This document shows positions 12,001-24,244 of a DNA stretch of 64,000 bases, one piece after another. Position numbers and translations under genes: made by a program. Numbering within the stretch: the first letter of the stretch is position 1; each line of letters begins with the position of its first letter. Location: contig JABVCE010000018.1 of the NCBI GenBank assembly GCA_014905635.1, positions 62,001 to 126,000 of the forward strand. The letters are read 5' to 3'. The stretch is from Scenedesmus sp. PABB004 (taxonomy: Eukaryota). A model generated the notes under the pieces. That model was not told where the DNA came from and searched no databases. It worked only from the letters and a program-made list of their open reading frames with translations.

Positions 12001-15000
12001 GCGTTCGCGCTGCTGGAGGGCACGCAGGCGCGGCGCCGGGCGCGGCGCGCGGCGCTAGCAACGACCGCTGTGACGCGCGCGCCGCAGCGCTCACAGCAGC
12101 GCGGCGCGGCGCGGCGTAAACCTCGGCCCTCGCCGCCACGCGCGCGCCTCGCCCGCCTGCTGCTCGCCGCACGCTGCAGGTGTTCTCGGTGGAGAGCAAG
12201 AAGGCGGCGAGTTTCACGGTCGAGTTTGCGCCGCCCGAGCTGGGCGCGTACGCGCACGAGCTCGCGCTGCGGGTCAAGGGCAACCCCTTTGAGCAGTACC
12301 GCGTGGCAATCACGGGTGCGCGGCGCGTGGCCGGCCCGCGGCGCGGCCGGCCCAGCTCGCGCGCGGCGGCATGGCGCGCAGCCACCGACCCGGCTCGCCC
12401 GCGGCCGCGCTTGTGCCGGGTTCAGGCGAGTGCTACCAGGAGGACGTGACCTTTGCGGGGCTGCCGGACGGCGCGCTCGCCACGCTCGCGCTGCCAGACG
12501 TGTGCCTGCCGCCCGCCGCGGCGCTCGCGCGCGCGGGCAGCACGCGGGCGGGCGGCACGCGGCCGTCCGTGAGCGGCGCCGCACAGCCGGACGGGGCGGC
12601 GGCCGCGGCGGCGCCGCCGCCGTGCACCAGCAGCTTCACCTTCGCCCTGGTCAACAACAGCGCGACGCGGCACTTCCGCTTCAAGTGGCCGGAGCACCCG
12701 CAGCTGCGCTTCACGCCGTGCGTGGGCCACCTCCACGCGGGCGCGTCCAAGGCCGTCACGGTGGTGTTTGCCGCGTCGGCGCCGGTGAAGCTGGACGGGC
12801 AGGACGTCAAGATGGCGGTCAGCCAGATCGCCTACAAGGCAGGCCTGCGCGCCGGCTGGCCCGCCGCGTCGCGCCGCCGCGCCGCGCGCGGCTGCCGCCG
12901 ACCCGCCCTCCCCGCCCGCCCGCCGCCAGGGCGACCCGGTGGACTGGGACGACGTGCTGGCCGTGGGCATGGCCGCCGCCGGCGCGCGCGTCTCGAGCGC
13001 GACGCGCGTCGCGCCTGGCCTGCCCGGCTTGGGGCCCAAGGTCGGCTCTGAGCCGCTCGTCGACCTGCTTCCCCGCACGCAGCGCGACATCATGCTCAAG
13101 GTGCGGCGCGCGGGGCCGCCGCCGCGCGCGCCGCGCCGCGGCAAGCACAGCACGCTGCCGACGTGCGCGGCTGCCGCCGCTGCTCCTGCACCCCGCGCGC
13201 GCGCCGCCAGGTGTTTGCGGCCGCCGACAGCCCGCGCTTTGAGTGCAGCGCGCCGTCGCCTGCGATCGTGTTCCGGCCGACGATGATGCTGCAGGCGCGC
13301 GCGTTTGGCTTCAGGCTCACCAACTCCGCGCTCACGGCGCTGGAGTTCGACTGGCGCGTGCTCGACCGCGACGGCGCCGAAGACGCGTCGGGTGCGCCGG
13401 GCGCGCGCGGCGCAGCGCGTGCGGGTGGCTCCGCGCGCGCAACCCTCCTGCCCCCTCCCCTCCCACACACACACACAGGGCTGTACGTTGTGGCCCCGGC
13501 GGCGGGCACGCTGGCGGGCGGGAGCGAGCAGACGTTCACGCTGCGCTTCAGCCCGACCGAGGTGGAGGACGTCACGCGCACGCTCGTCTGCCGCATGCCC
13601 CTGCTGGAGCGCCTCGCGGCGATGCCTGCGGCGCCCGGCGGCGCCGCGACGGAGGCGCTGCAGCCGCTCACGCGCGAAGTCACGGGCAAGGTGCGCGCGC
13701 GCTGGCGGCCTCTGCGCTGCGACGCCCGCTGGCCGCCGCCCTGCGCGCGACACTCTCACTCGGCGAGCCTGCACGCGGCGGGCGCCGCCGCCGCGCAGGT
13801 GCTGCGGCCGTGGTGCCACTTTGAGCTGCTGGAGAGCGACTACGTCGCCGGCGGGCGGCGCAACCCGGAGCAGCCGGGGCCGTCGGGCGTGGTGGAGCCG
13901 CTGGACCCGGCCACCAAGGTCCGCGCCCCGCGCCCCGCATGCCTCGCGCCCCGCGCCCCGCGCGCCCCCTGCCGCACGGCCCCGCCAGCCTGGCCAGGCC
14001 GCACCCGGCCGACGCGGCTGACGCCGCCGCGCCGCGCGGCGCCAGGTGCTGGAGTTTGACTCGCTCGGCGTCCGCGTGCGCAACGGCCGGGCGTTCCGCT
14101 TGCTCAACCCCACCAGCATCACCTACGACTTTGTGTGGGCGCCCGTGCTGCCGCCCGCCGTCGCGGCGCTGGGCGGGCCGCCGCCGCCGAGCCCGTTTGC
14201 CTGCGCCACGCGCAAAGGCACCATCGCTGGCGGCAGGTGGGCGCCGCGCGCGGCGCGGCCGCCACGCGGGGTCGCGCCGCCGCCGCGCCTCGCTCTGCCC
14301 CGCTCACCGCCCCGCCTGTGTCACGCGCGCCGCGTGCGCAGGCGGTACGAGATGGCGTTTGAGTTCACGCCCAGCAGCGACGCGCTGGTGGAGTCGTTCT
14401 GGACGTTCAGCATCCCCAGCCAGGGCGTGCGGCTGCCCTTCCTGCTGGTCGGCCGCGTCACGGAGCCGCGCGTCAGCCTCGACCGCCCCGCCATCAACTT
14501 TGGACAGGCGCGGCCCCGCCAGCCTCGCGGTCGCGCTGGCCTGCCGCGCCGGGCTGGGCTAGGCAGCGGGGCTTGCTCTGACACTGCGCGCTGCTGCGTG
14601 CCCCGGCCCCCCCAGGTCCAGCTGGGCGTGCGCGGCAAGATCTGCCTTTCGCTGGTGAACGACGAGCACCTTCCCTTTTCCTTCGCGCTGGACAAGGCCA
14701 GCTACGACGCCAGCGACGCGCTGCTCGCCGCGTCGGGCGGGCGGCCGTTGCTGGACATCCAGCCGGCCAGCGGCATCGTACCGCCCAACTCCAAGGTGCG
14801 GGCGGCGGCGACGCCGGCGACGTCGCGCCGCTGGCTATGAGCGCCAGACAGCCGGCGCCGGCGCGGCCCCGCCGCCTGCCTGAACTCACCGGCCCTCACC
14901 CCCCACCCCATCTACACAGGTGGAGCTGGTGGCGGTCTTTGCACCGCAGGCGGAGCGGGCGATCAACTACGGCGTGATCGTGCGCGTGCGCAACAAGCCC

Positions 15001-18000
15001 ACGCCGCTCGTGCTCAACGTCAAGGGCGAGGGCTACGCGCTGCAGCCGAGCCTCATGCTGGAGCTGCCCGACGACGGCGCGCTCGAGCTCTCGCCGGCGG
15101 GCGTCAACACGGTCGACTTTGGCCAGGCGCGGCCGCGGCGGCTTTGGCCACGGCGGCCACGCATGCGCGCGGCAGCCCACAGCTGCCGAGCGCCCGCCCG
15201 CCTCCGCGCCTGGCGTGCGCGCGCAGGTGGTGATCAACGACCGCGTCGTGCGCAGCCTGTCGCTGGTCAACGCCGGCGCCGTCAACTTTGACTTCACCTG
15301 GGACACGGGCGCCCACCCGTCCCTCTCCATCGCGCCGCGCGCGGGCAGCGTCCCCAAGGGCGAGCGCCGGCTGGTGGAGCTGTCGTTCGCGCCCACCAGC
15401 GCCGAGCGGCTCGCGGCCTGCCCCGTGACCTGCCAGGTTCGGCGCAGGCTGCTGGCGTTGCCGGGCGGGGCAGGCGCCGCGCCCGCCGGCGCGCAAGCGC
15501 TCACCCGCCGCCGCCGCGTCTGCCTCCCTCCCCCCTGCCGCCGCGGCCAGATCACCAACGGCCCGCGCTACCAGCTCGCGCTGAGCGGCTGCGGCTACAA
15601 GCCCAAGCTGGCCTTCAGCTTCCTGGCGCACGACTTTGGCCCCCGGCACGTGTGGCAGCAGGGCATGGCGCCGGCGCGCGCGGCGCTGAGCGTGACCAAC
15701 CAGGACGCGCAGGAGGTGGCGCTGGACGTGCTGTTTGACAGCACCGACAACTGGCAGGCGCGCGGCGCTGCGCAGCGCCGCGTGGTGCATCGCGGCGCGG
15801 TGGCGCTGGGGCGCGCGCCCCCCGCGCGCCGTCGCCGCCATCCCACGCCGCCTTGCCCCGCGCCGCGCCCAGGTCGTGGCGAGCCCCTGCGTGCTGGCGC
15901 CGGGGCGGAGCGTCGAGGTGCCCATCGCGTTCCGGCCGACCGCAGCGCAGCCCTACGCAGCGGTGGTGCCGCTGCGGGTCAACGGGCTGTATAACATCAA
16001 CATCAACCTCGCGGGTGTGTGGGCCAGGGTCTGGTGTGCGGGCGCACGCACGTGCTGCAGCCGGCGCGCCCGCCTCGCCCCGCCGCCGTGCCGCGCGCCG
16101 CCCAGCCCGCGCCGCCGCTCCGCCGCTGCAGGCGAGGGGGTGCCGCTGCGCGTCGAGCTCGCGCGCCCCGACCAGCTGCAGCGCGGCGTCGCGTTTGGCG
16201 CAGTGCCGTGCAGCGGCAGCTGCAGCCGCACGCTCTCGCTGGCCAACCACGGCCGTGCCGGCGCGTGCGTGAGCTTCGCCCCCAGCGCGGAGCTGTTTGA
16301 GCGCCTGGGCATCGAGGTGCTGCCAGCGGGCGGCCTGGCTCTGCGGCCCCGCGAGGTGGCGGACGTGGCGCTCTGGTACAGGTATGCCGATCCTGAGCCC
16401 CGGCTCCTGAGCCCCGGCCCAGCTCGGCTCATGAGCTGAGCTGGGCTGGGCTGAGTGCGGCCCTCGGGCCAGCGCGGCGCGGCTGCACCCCTCCCCCCTC
16501 TCTCTGACCAGCACTCCCGCCCGCGCACAGGCCCAAGCAGCGCGCGCGGCAGTTCAAGGAGCCGCTGCGCGTGCTGGTAGACGGCGTGCCCCAGGTCCTC
16601 ACGACCGTCAGCGGCGCGTGCACGGGGGCGTCGCTGCTGCTGGCCAGCGACAGCGTGCCGTTTGGGGTCGTGGTGCTGGGCAGCCGCACGACCAAGCGCC
16701 TGCAGCTGAGCAACGCGGGCGACCTGGGATGCAGGTTTGCGTGGGACGCCAAGCTGCTGGCCACGCACTTCAGCATCAGCCCAGCAGGTGGGTGTCGGTG
16801 CTGACGCTGCGCTGGCGCCGGCGGGGGCGGCAGCGCGGCGGCAGCGTGGCCGCGAGCGGCGCGCGGACGCGCTCCGTCCGCGCAGCGCGGCCCACCCGCC
16901 GCGCCGCCGCTGCAGAGGGCTTCCTTGCGCCGGGGCAGGACGTGAAGCTGGAGGTCAGCTTCCACCCGGCGAGCGTCGACCCGGACATCCGAGTGGAGCG
17001 GCTGCACTGCAAGCTCGCTACCTCAGCAGCCGCGCTGCCGGAGCCTGCCGCAGGCGGCGGCGCGCGCGTGGGGGCGGAGCTGACGCTGCCGATTGGCGGC
17101 GGCGCGGTGCCAGACCTGCTCCTCACGCTGACGGGCGCGTGCGTGCAGAGCGAGGCGGCGGGCGAGCCGGTGCAGTTCCGCTGCAACGTCCGCACCAGCG
17201 CGCGCGCTGTCATCACGCTGCGCAACCCCAGCAGCACGAGCTGGCAGCTGCGGCCGGTCATCACCAACGAGTTCTGGTCGGGCGCCGAGATCCTGCAGGT
17301 GCGGCCCCGGCGTCGACCCTGCCACGTGGCAGCCGGCCGTGACTGGCGCTGCGCTGCAAGCCGCCGCCGCCGCCGCTCCAACCGCCGCCGCCGAAACCTC
17401 TGCCCCCGCCGCCCGCCGCGTGCAGGTGCCGGCCGGCGGTGCGGCCGAGTACGAGCTGACGTACCGCCCGCTGACCATGACGCCGCGCGAGGGCCCGCCG
17501 CACGAGGGCAGCGTGTTCTTCCCCATACCCGACGGCACGGGCCTGCTGCACCTCCTGCACGGCCAGGTCGGGCCGCGGCGGGGAGCGCGCGCCGCAGCGC
17601 GTGCGGCGGCGCGGCGCGCCGCTGAGCGTGCTCCCGCCCTGCGCCGCGCGGCGCGACGCGCGCAGTCGGACCAGCCCGCGCCCGAGACGGTCCAGGAGGT
17701 GACGCTGCCGGCCAAGACGCAGCACTGCACCCAGCTGCGCGTCAACAACTGGCTGCACAAGCCGCAGCGCTTCAAGTGCGTCGGCCGCGTCCGCCGATGG
17801 GCGCCGCGCCCGGCCGCGCGCGCGCCCAACATGGCCTGGCCCCCGCCCGACCCGCGAGCGCCGCCGCTGCCGCCGCGCCGCGCCCTGTCCCCCGCGCCAG
17901 GGTGACCAAGGAGCTGCTCGCGGGCGAGCCCAGCACCCGGCTGGAGGGCCCCGCCGCCATCGACGTGCCCGCGCTCTCCGACCGCCAGTACCGCCTGGCC

Positions 18001-19400
18001 GTCTTCAGCTACTGCCAGGCACGCGCGCGCGCGCGCGGCCGGCAGCGGCTGGCTGGCTGCAGGCGGCGCGGCGCGGCACGGGAGGGGCCGCCGCGCCGCG
18101 CGCGCTGCTGCGTCCCGCGCCGCCGCCACGGCCGCTGCGGCCGCTGCGGCCGCGTGCCGAGCCGCGCCGTGCCGCGCGTGCGTGTCGCAGGGCGTGTCGC
18201 GCGTGCGGGTCACGTTCCGGAACGAGGTCAGCGGGGAGTACACGTTCCACGACCTTACCCTCACCAGCACGCCGCCCGAGCCGCGCGGGACGCTCGCGCT
18301 CGAGTGCCCCTGCTTCACGCAGACCAGCGCCAGCGTGTCCATCACCAACCTGCTCGCCGTGCCCGTCACGCTGAGGCTGAGCAGCGCCAGCAGCAAGCAG
18401 GTGCGCGCCCGCCGGGCGGCGGCGGCAGGCGCGGCCCCGCGCGCGGCCGCGCGCAGCACCTCGCTGAGCTCTGCACCGCGCTGCCGCTGCCGCCGCCGCG
18501 CGGCACAGGTGAGCGTGGTGCCCGAGGCGCCGGTGCTGGCACCAGGCAGCACCACGGCGCTCGAGGTGCGCTTCCGGCCGGTGCTGGTGGGCAGCAGCGA
18601 GGGCGCGCTGCGCCTGGAGTGCCCCGAGCTGGGCGTGTACGAGTGGCGCCTGCGGCTCACGGGCACACCGACCAACCCGGAGCGCAGCCTCGGGTTCAGC
18701 GTGCCGCTCGGGAGCCGCGACACCCAGGCGCGCGCGCGCGCGCGCGCACGCGTGCCCAAGCGCCGCGCGCCGGCAGCCGCCGCGCACGGCTGGCTGCCCG
18801 GGGGCCGACCGGCGCGCGGCCCGCGGCGCGCAGGTGCTGCGCTTCACGCACTGGCTGCCCGAGCGGGTCAACTACCGGGCCAGCTTCCGCAGCGGCGGCG
18901 ACAGCGCCTCGGGCGGCGTCGCGCTCAGCGGCAGCGGTTTTGACGCGCCCGCCACCGTGTCGGCGCCGCCGGCGGGCCCGCGCGGCGTCGAGGTGGAGGT
19001 GGTGGTGGGCTTTGAGCCGTCGGCGGTGGGCGAGGCCTTCCGGGACACCCTGGTGCTCAGCGCGCCGACGGCCGGGCCCTACGCGGTGCCGCTGATGGGC
19101 CAGTGCGTGCCGCCCAAGCCGCAGGGCCCCGTGGACGTCAGCAAGGCGCGGCGCGGCGCGCGCAGCGCGGCAGCGCAGCCACCGCCGCGGCCCACGCGCC
19201 CGCCGCCGCGCCTCGCTGACGTCGCGCCCCGCCGCCGCGCAGGGCTCCGCGTCGGTGCCCTTCCGCAACGTCTTTGCGGTGGAGGCTGAGTTTGCGTTTG
19301 CCGTGGACAACCCCGCCTTTGTGCTCGCCCGGCCCAGCGAGCGCCTCGCCGCCAAGCGCCCGCACGCGATCAGCGTGGCGTTCAAGCCCGAGCCCACCAA

Positions 19401-19432
<32 letters not shown>

Positions 19433-19512
19433 CGGCCAGCCGCACCGGCAAGCTCACGGTGACGTGCGCGAAGCACACCGCCGCGCAGTGGGTGTACTAC
19501 CTGCAGGCGTGA
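1..19512 (+). CDS. HYDIN: Hydin (hydrocephalus-inducing protein, axonemal central-pair component); 5'-truncated, ~50 exons in window
   Basis: Spliced reading gives many ASH/Ig-like repeats (LDFGxV, LxNxG, FxVxPxxGxL), a degenerate adenylate-kinase-like segment (LLHGAPLADTTAQAALLCSRYNVP) and the Hydin-type C-terminus (GSASVPFRNVF...WVYYLQA*, stop 19510-19512). About 49 introns traced by eye. One unresolved frame break near 3130-3245. Confidence 0.93.
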
Positions 19513-20634
19513 GCGCTCGTGGCGCTGGCCAGGCGCTGGCGGCGGCGGGTCTGGCCTGGCGCGGCGCGGCGGCCTGGCGGCTGCAGCGATCGAGCGTGAG
19601 GATGTGGGTTGATGGATTTAACCCCAGCACCTTCGCATGCCGGAGAGGCAGCCCGCAGCCCGCATAATGATACTGGGACGACCCGTTAGCAGACCGACAC
19701 ACACACTCGCACACCCGCTCGGCCCCCGACAGAGCAGCAAGAGAGAAGGAAGGAATGCCCTGCCAGTCCCCGGCGTCGCAGGGGCAAACGGCGCGGGGCG
19801 CCGTGGGGGGCGTGCGCAGCTGGGTTCAGTCAGCTGGCACGCCCCCTCCCTGCTCCCCCAGCTGCCAGCTGCTCAGAAGCTGCAAAAAAAGAAGGCATGA
19901 AGGCATGAATCAGACTGCCGTCGGTTCGCGACTGACCCCCTCTCCCTGGCAGTGTAGTGTACGTGGGCGGCTGGGCGCGTGCCCGGCCCCCACAAACCAG
20001 GTAAGACCAAAAACGGTGCACGCCGCAGCCGTGCGCGAGCCCCTGCACACGGGGCTGCAGCGCGGCGGCAGCGCGGCAGGCAGCGCGTGCGACCACGCGG
20101 CGCGATGACACACAACTCGGGGCACACGCACGGACGAGGTCTATTCGGGCGCGTCAAGTGCAAAGCCGGGCCGGCGAGCGAGGCGGCCCTGCTGGACCAC
20201 TGGTCCGGATGCTGCTCAGCGCTCCATTCTCACGATGCATAGTATGGCAAGTGCGTGTGCAGCGCCAGGTCAACGGTGCGCGGATGTGCAGCTCAGCTCA
20301 GGGTCCTGCAGGCGCAGTCCTGCTGTTGAAACGGATCAACGCACGCCGGCAGTCACAAGTGAGCGCGCCGCCCTGCCGCAGCCGCGGCGCGGCGGCCCGC
20401 CGAGCACGCAAGCCAGCAGCAGTGCTTTTGGCGCAGCAGCAAGCAGCTCGGTAAACTCGGCCCAGCCAGTGCTCAGCTTTTGCCCAACTGCTCGCCCCGC
20501 GTGCGCGGGGCGGCTGGGGCCAGACCAGCATTGCTGCGGTGGGGCTGGGCCCACCTTTCTTGGCTGACAACAATCGCCGCCATCGCGTAGCAGCCAGCAG
20601 TGACGGCCTTGGCAGCAGCAAGGGCACATGTACA

Positions 20635-20689
20635 TGCGCTGTGCCAAGGGATGCAATCCAGTGCGCTGTGCCAAGGGATGCAAATCAAG
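20635..20689. repeat. 27-bp tandem duplication (tgcgctgtgccaagggatgcaa.. x2)
   Basis: Two adjacent copies, starting at 20635 and 20662, in lower-GC intergenic/UTR DNA. Confidence 0.85.
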
Positions 20690-20959
20690 TGCCTGAGCAG
20701 TTCAGACCGATTCCGCGGCATGCCAGCTGCCCACGGCGGTCTGCTGCGCCCGCTCAGAAGGCGCTGCTGTGCGCGCGCAGCGGGCTGGACGAGGCCACCG
20801 CACACAGGCCGGAGAGAGGGGCGCCAAGTGGCGCCCCACCTGTCCAGCCTGCTGCCATGCATACACTTTCCGAGGCGACGCTCACACAATCCGAGGTTGA
20901 TGCCCGCTGCATACCCAATGAGGCCTCACCCGACTCCCCACGCAGGGTTTGTGTGCAGC

Positions 20960-22385
20960 TCACGCGTGGGCCGCGCCGCGCCGCGCGGCGTGCTTGAGCG
21001 GCGCGGGCTGCAGCTCCGCGCGCTTTTGCTGCGCCGCGCTGCGGCGGCGCTCGCGGCGCCGCGCCTGCTTGGCCAGGCGCGCCTGGATGAGGAGCTGCTG
21101 CGGCCCGGGGATGAAGCTCGGCCAGCGCGGCGCGGGCTCGGCCACGCCGCTGCTGCTGCTGCTCGTGCTGGCGCTGGGGCTCGGCCACGCCCCGGCCAGC
21201 TGCTTCTGGCTCTTGCCCGCTGCCGCCACCTCGGCGCGGGGGCGCTTGAGCCCTGCCGCCGGCGCCAGCGCCTGCTGCTGCGGCGGCCGGCCGCCGCTAG
21301 GCACGCTGGGCGCGCTGGCGAGGCTGGGCGTGCCGCCGCCGAGCGGCAGGGCCGGGGGCGTGGCGCCCTGCCAGCCCAGCCCCGCGGCGATGGAGAGCGC
21401 CGCGGCGACCGCGGCCGACCTGTGCCTGCTGAGGCGCCGCGCGTGCGCCGCCGCGCGCGCGCCCGGCGCCGCGGGGGCGCTGGCCCAGGGCGCCGGGACG
21501 GCTGCCGCGGCGGCAAAGGGCGTCACACCAGCCGCGGGCAAGCGGGGTGAGGCACGGTGCTGCGGCGCCGGCTGCGCCCAGGCGCCGGCCGCCGGCGAGG
21601 CGGCCGGGGAGCCGCAGGCCGCCGAGTAGCTGTCCGCGCCCGACGCGGGCGTGCCGTCCCGCAGCTGCCACGCGCGCCGCTCGTTGGAGTAGCAGGCGGC
21701 GGACACGGCGTCGGCGGTGACGCTGGGCTCGGGGCTGGCGCTGAGGCTGGGACCGCGCGTGAGCTCCGCCTCGAGCAGCACGTCCATGGCCTGGCGTGAC
21801 AGGGGAGGCGGGGGGGGGGGGGGGGGGCGTGAGCCGGGGGCGCCCGCGCGGGGCGCAGGCCGCCGGCCGCCTCCGGCGCGGCGCGGCGCGGCGCCGCACC
21901 TCGAACAGGTCGGCCGCGCTCTCCACCGAGCCGACCCCCTGCAGCAGCGGGTGCTCAAGGGCTTGCCAGCAGGCGTCGTCCTCGCCGTCGCCGCCGGCGC
22001 CGCTGGGCGCCGCGGACAGCTGCGCCGCCGGCGGCGCGCCCAGGTGCGGGAGGAGGCCGCCGAGGCTCGACAGCTCGCGCTCGATCGCGAGCTCCAGGTC
22101 CACGTCAGACAGGTCCAGCGGCAGCTCCAGGCCCTCCGCCAGCGCGTCGAGGTCGGCCGCGACCACCGGGTCCAGCCGTGCCGCCGCGGGGAAGGGGCCC
22201 AGACAGCCCCCTGCGCCGCCGCCCGCGCCGGCGCCGCCGCCAGCGCCGCATGCCCACGCGCCACGCGGCACGGCCGCCGCGGCGGCGGCGACGCCGGCGG
22301 CGGCCGCTGTCGCTGCGTCCGCGTAGGCCGTCGCGAAGGAGGCGCCGCAGGCCGACGCGAAGTCGTCCAGGTAGTGGCGCTCCAT
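20960..22385 (-). CDS. Hypothetical low-complexity protein, 2 exons (22385-21900, 21790-20960); alternative in-frame start at 22547
   Basis: In-frame GT-AG intron 21899-21791 joins ...SAADLFE|AMDVLLEAEL.... Acidic N-terminal half, Ala/Pro-rich middle, basic C-terminus (QARLAKQARRRERRR). No family recognised. Confidence 0.55.
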
Positions 22386-23133
22386 GCTGCGGTCGGCGAG
22401 GCGCGGGCGGGGCAGGATCGTGAGCGCCGATGCACCCAGCGCGTAGAACAGGTCGCCCTCAGCCTCCCCGCCGCGGGCGCGAGGCTGCGGTAGCGCCGCT
22501 CGCACGTGCCGGCGCGCCCCGGCGCGCTGTCCCCCGAGGGCCCACATGCGCCTGCCCGACGGCGGGGCGCGCGGCCCGCAAGGCTCGAGAGCCTATGCAA
22601 TGACCGTGGCGACCGTTGGGGCGGCGCGCGCAGCCTCCGGCGCGAGCGCGGCCGGCGCCAGAGTACTGGCCGCCCGCCTGGTCTGGCGCCCACCGCGCTG
22701 CGCGATCGGCGCGCTGCCCGCACCGCCCAGCGCTCTCGCAAGGCTCGCGTCTGGCCGGCTGGGGCGCACCTTGGCTGACGGCGTGGGGCAGCCCTATGAA
22801 GCTCGGGATGGCTCCGGTCCGGGCGCCGGGGCTGCCGCTGACGGCCTGCACGCGCGACGGGGTGCGTGCCAACGAGACGCTGAAGGGAGAGCGCGCGCCG
22901 CAGCTGGCTTGCCGGGCCGGCAGGCGTCGGTGGGAGCAGGGGCTGGTGAGGGCGGCCGCTAGCACGGGGGGCGGCCCGTGCGGGGGCGGTGTGTGCGCGC
23001 GGTGCGCCGGGGAATGGTGGGCGCGGCGTGGCGCGGCGGGGGAAGGCCTGGGCGCGTCCTGCTCCTGCCCTGGTGCGGAATTCCCTGGCCGCGAAGTGTC
23101 ACCCGAATATGCACCGCCCGCGCCCCGGCCCCC

Positions 23134-23724
23134 CAGGCGCGCGCCTGGGCGCCGCGATGCCGCAGATCGTAGACCGGCATCAGTTCTGACGTTTTAGGCC
23201 GAACGAAGGCGGCCGTGGACGGCTGCGCGCCCGCCGGGTGCGTCACACCCGATGCCCCCGGCCTTCGACCCAGCGCCGGGCACCCGGTCACGCGCGGCCC
23301 CTGCGCTGCGCGCGAGCGGTTCGTGGCGCACCACGACGGCCCTGCGACAGCCAAGAGCCCCTGAACGCAGCTGCGCGGCCCACGGCAGCACCGCCGCCGG
23401 CGGCGCGGCGCAGCGTGCGTCAACGCGGCCGGGGCGGCCCGCCGGCGCCTGCCGACCAGCCGCGGCAGCCCCACCACGCTCGCTGCGCTCGTAGTTCAGC
23501 GTGTCGAGCGGCCGGGCCGGCAGCGGTGTGTGGGCCGGGCGCAGCAGGGCGCCGCGCAGTACCTGGAGCCGCGCAGTACCGCACCTCCCGGCCGCCGCCG
23601 GCGGCCACCGGTGAGCAGCCGCCGCCCGCGCCGCCAGGGCGCGCGGGCGTAGCCAGGGGAGGGGCGTGCAGCCGCACACGCACACGCACACGCACATCTC
23701 GGGCCGCGGGGCTTGGGTGGCGGC
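23134..23724 (+). repeat. Inverted repeat, left copy (core); decayed homology extends out to ~22860 and in to ~23744
   Basis: Reverse complement of 30741-31328. Includes an identical run of ~90 nt (23338-23428). Confidence 0.95.
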
Positions 23725-24244
23725 CCGACCCGCCGTGCCCGTGACCCGGCCACGCCGTTTGGTTCCGCAGCCGCGCGGGCCAGCAACCTCCCACTCGCCG
23801 CAGCGCCCGTGACGCGAGCGCCGCAGCGGCGCGCAGGCCGCCGGTGCAGCGCCGCTGCGCTGCACCGCGGAGGTGCCTGCGCGGTGGCCCTGTTTCTCAT
23901 CGCCCCCGCCGGTGCCCTCGCCCTTCAGTGCCGGCCAGACCGTAGCATCAGTCGCCGCCGCGAGAGCCTCTGCCGCGCCTGCGGAGTCGGCCGCGCCGTT
24001 GCCGCCGCCGCGACTCTGCCGATTTAAATTTGCGGCGCCCCCGCTGCACGCCGCGGTCCTTCCGCCCGCCTGGACACGGGAGAGCCCGAGAACCACCCAC
24101 GCCACACGCGGCAGCCCGGGGCAGCCCGCGCCACGTGGGCAGGCGGCAGCAGCGGCGGCGGCATCACAAGCGGCTGCCGCCCCCCGCCGGCGCGCCCGCG
24201 CCCGCCAAGCGGCAGCGGAACCGCTCTCCCATCGCGCCGGCAGC

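Noticed and set aside
168..19240. Introner-type repeated introns
   Set aside because: Introns share only low-complexity (GCGCG)n composition, with no alignable repeated sequence by eye.
20635..20689. CRISPR-like direct repeat
   Set aside because: Only two adjacent copies, no spacers, eukaryotic context, no cas genes.
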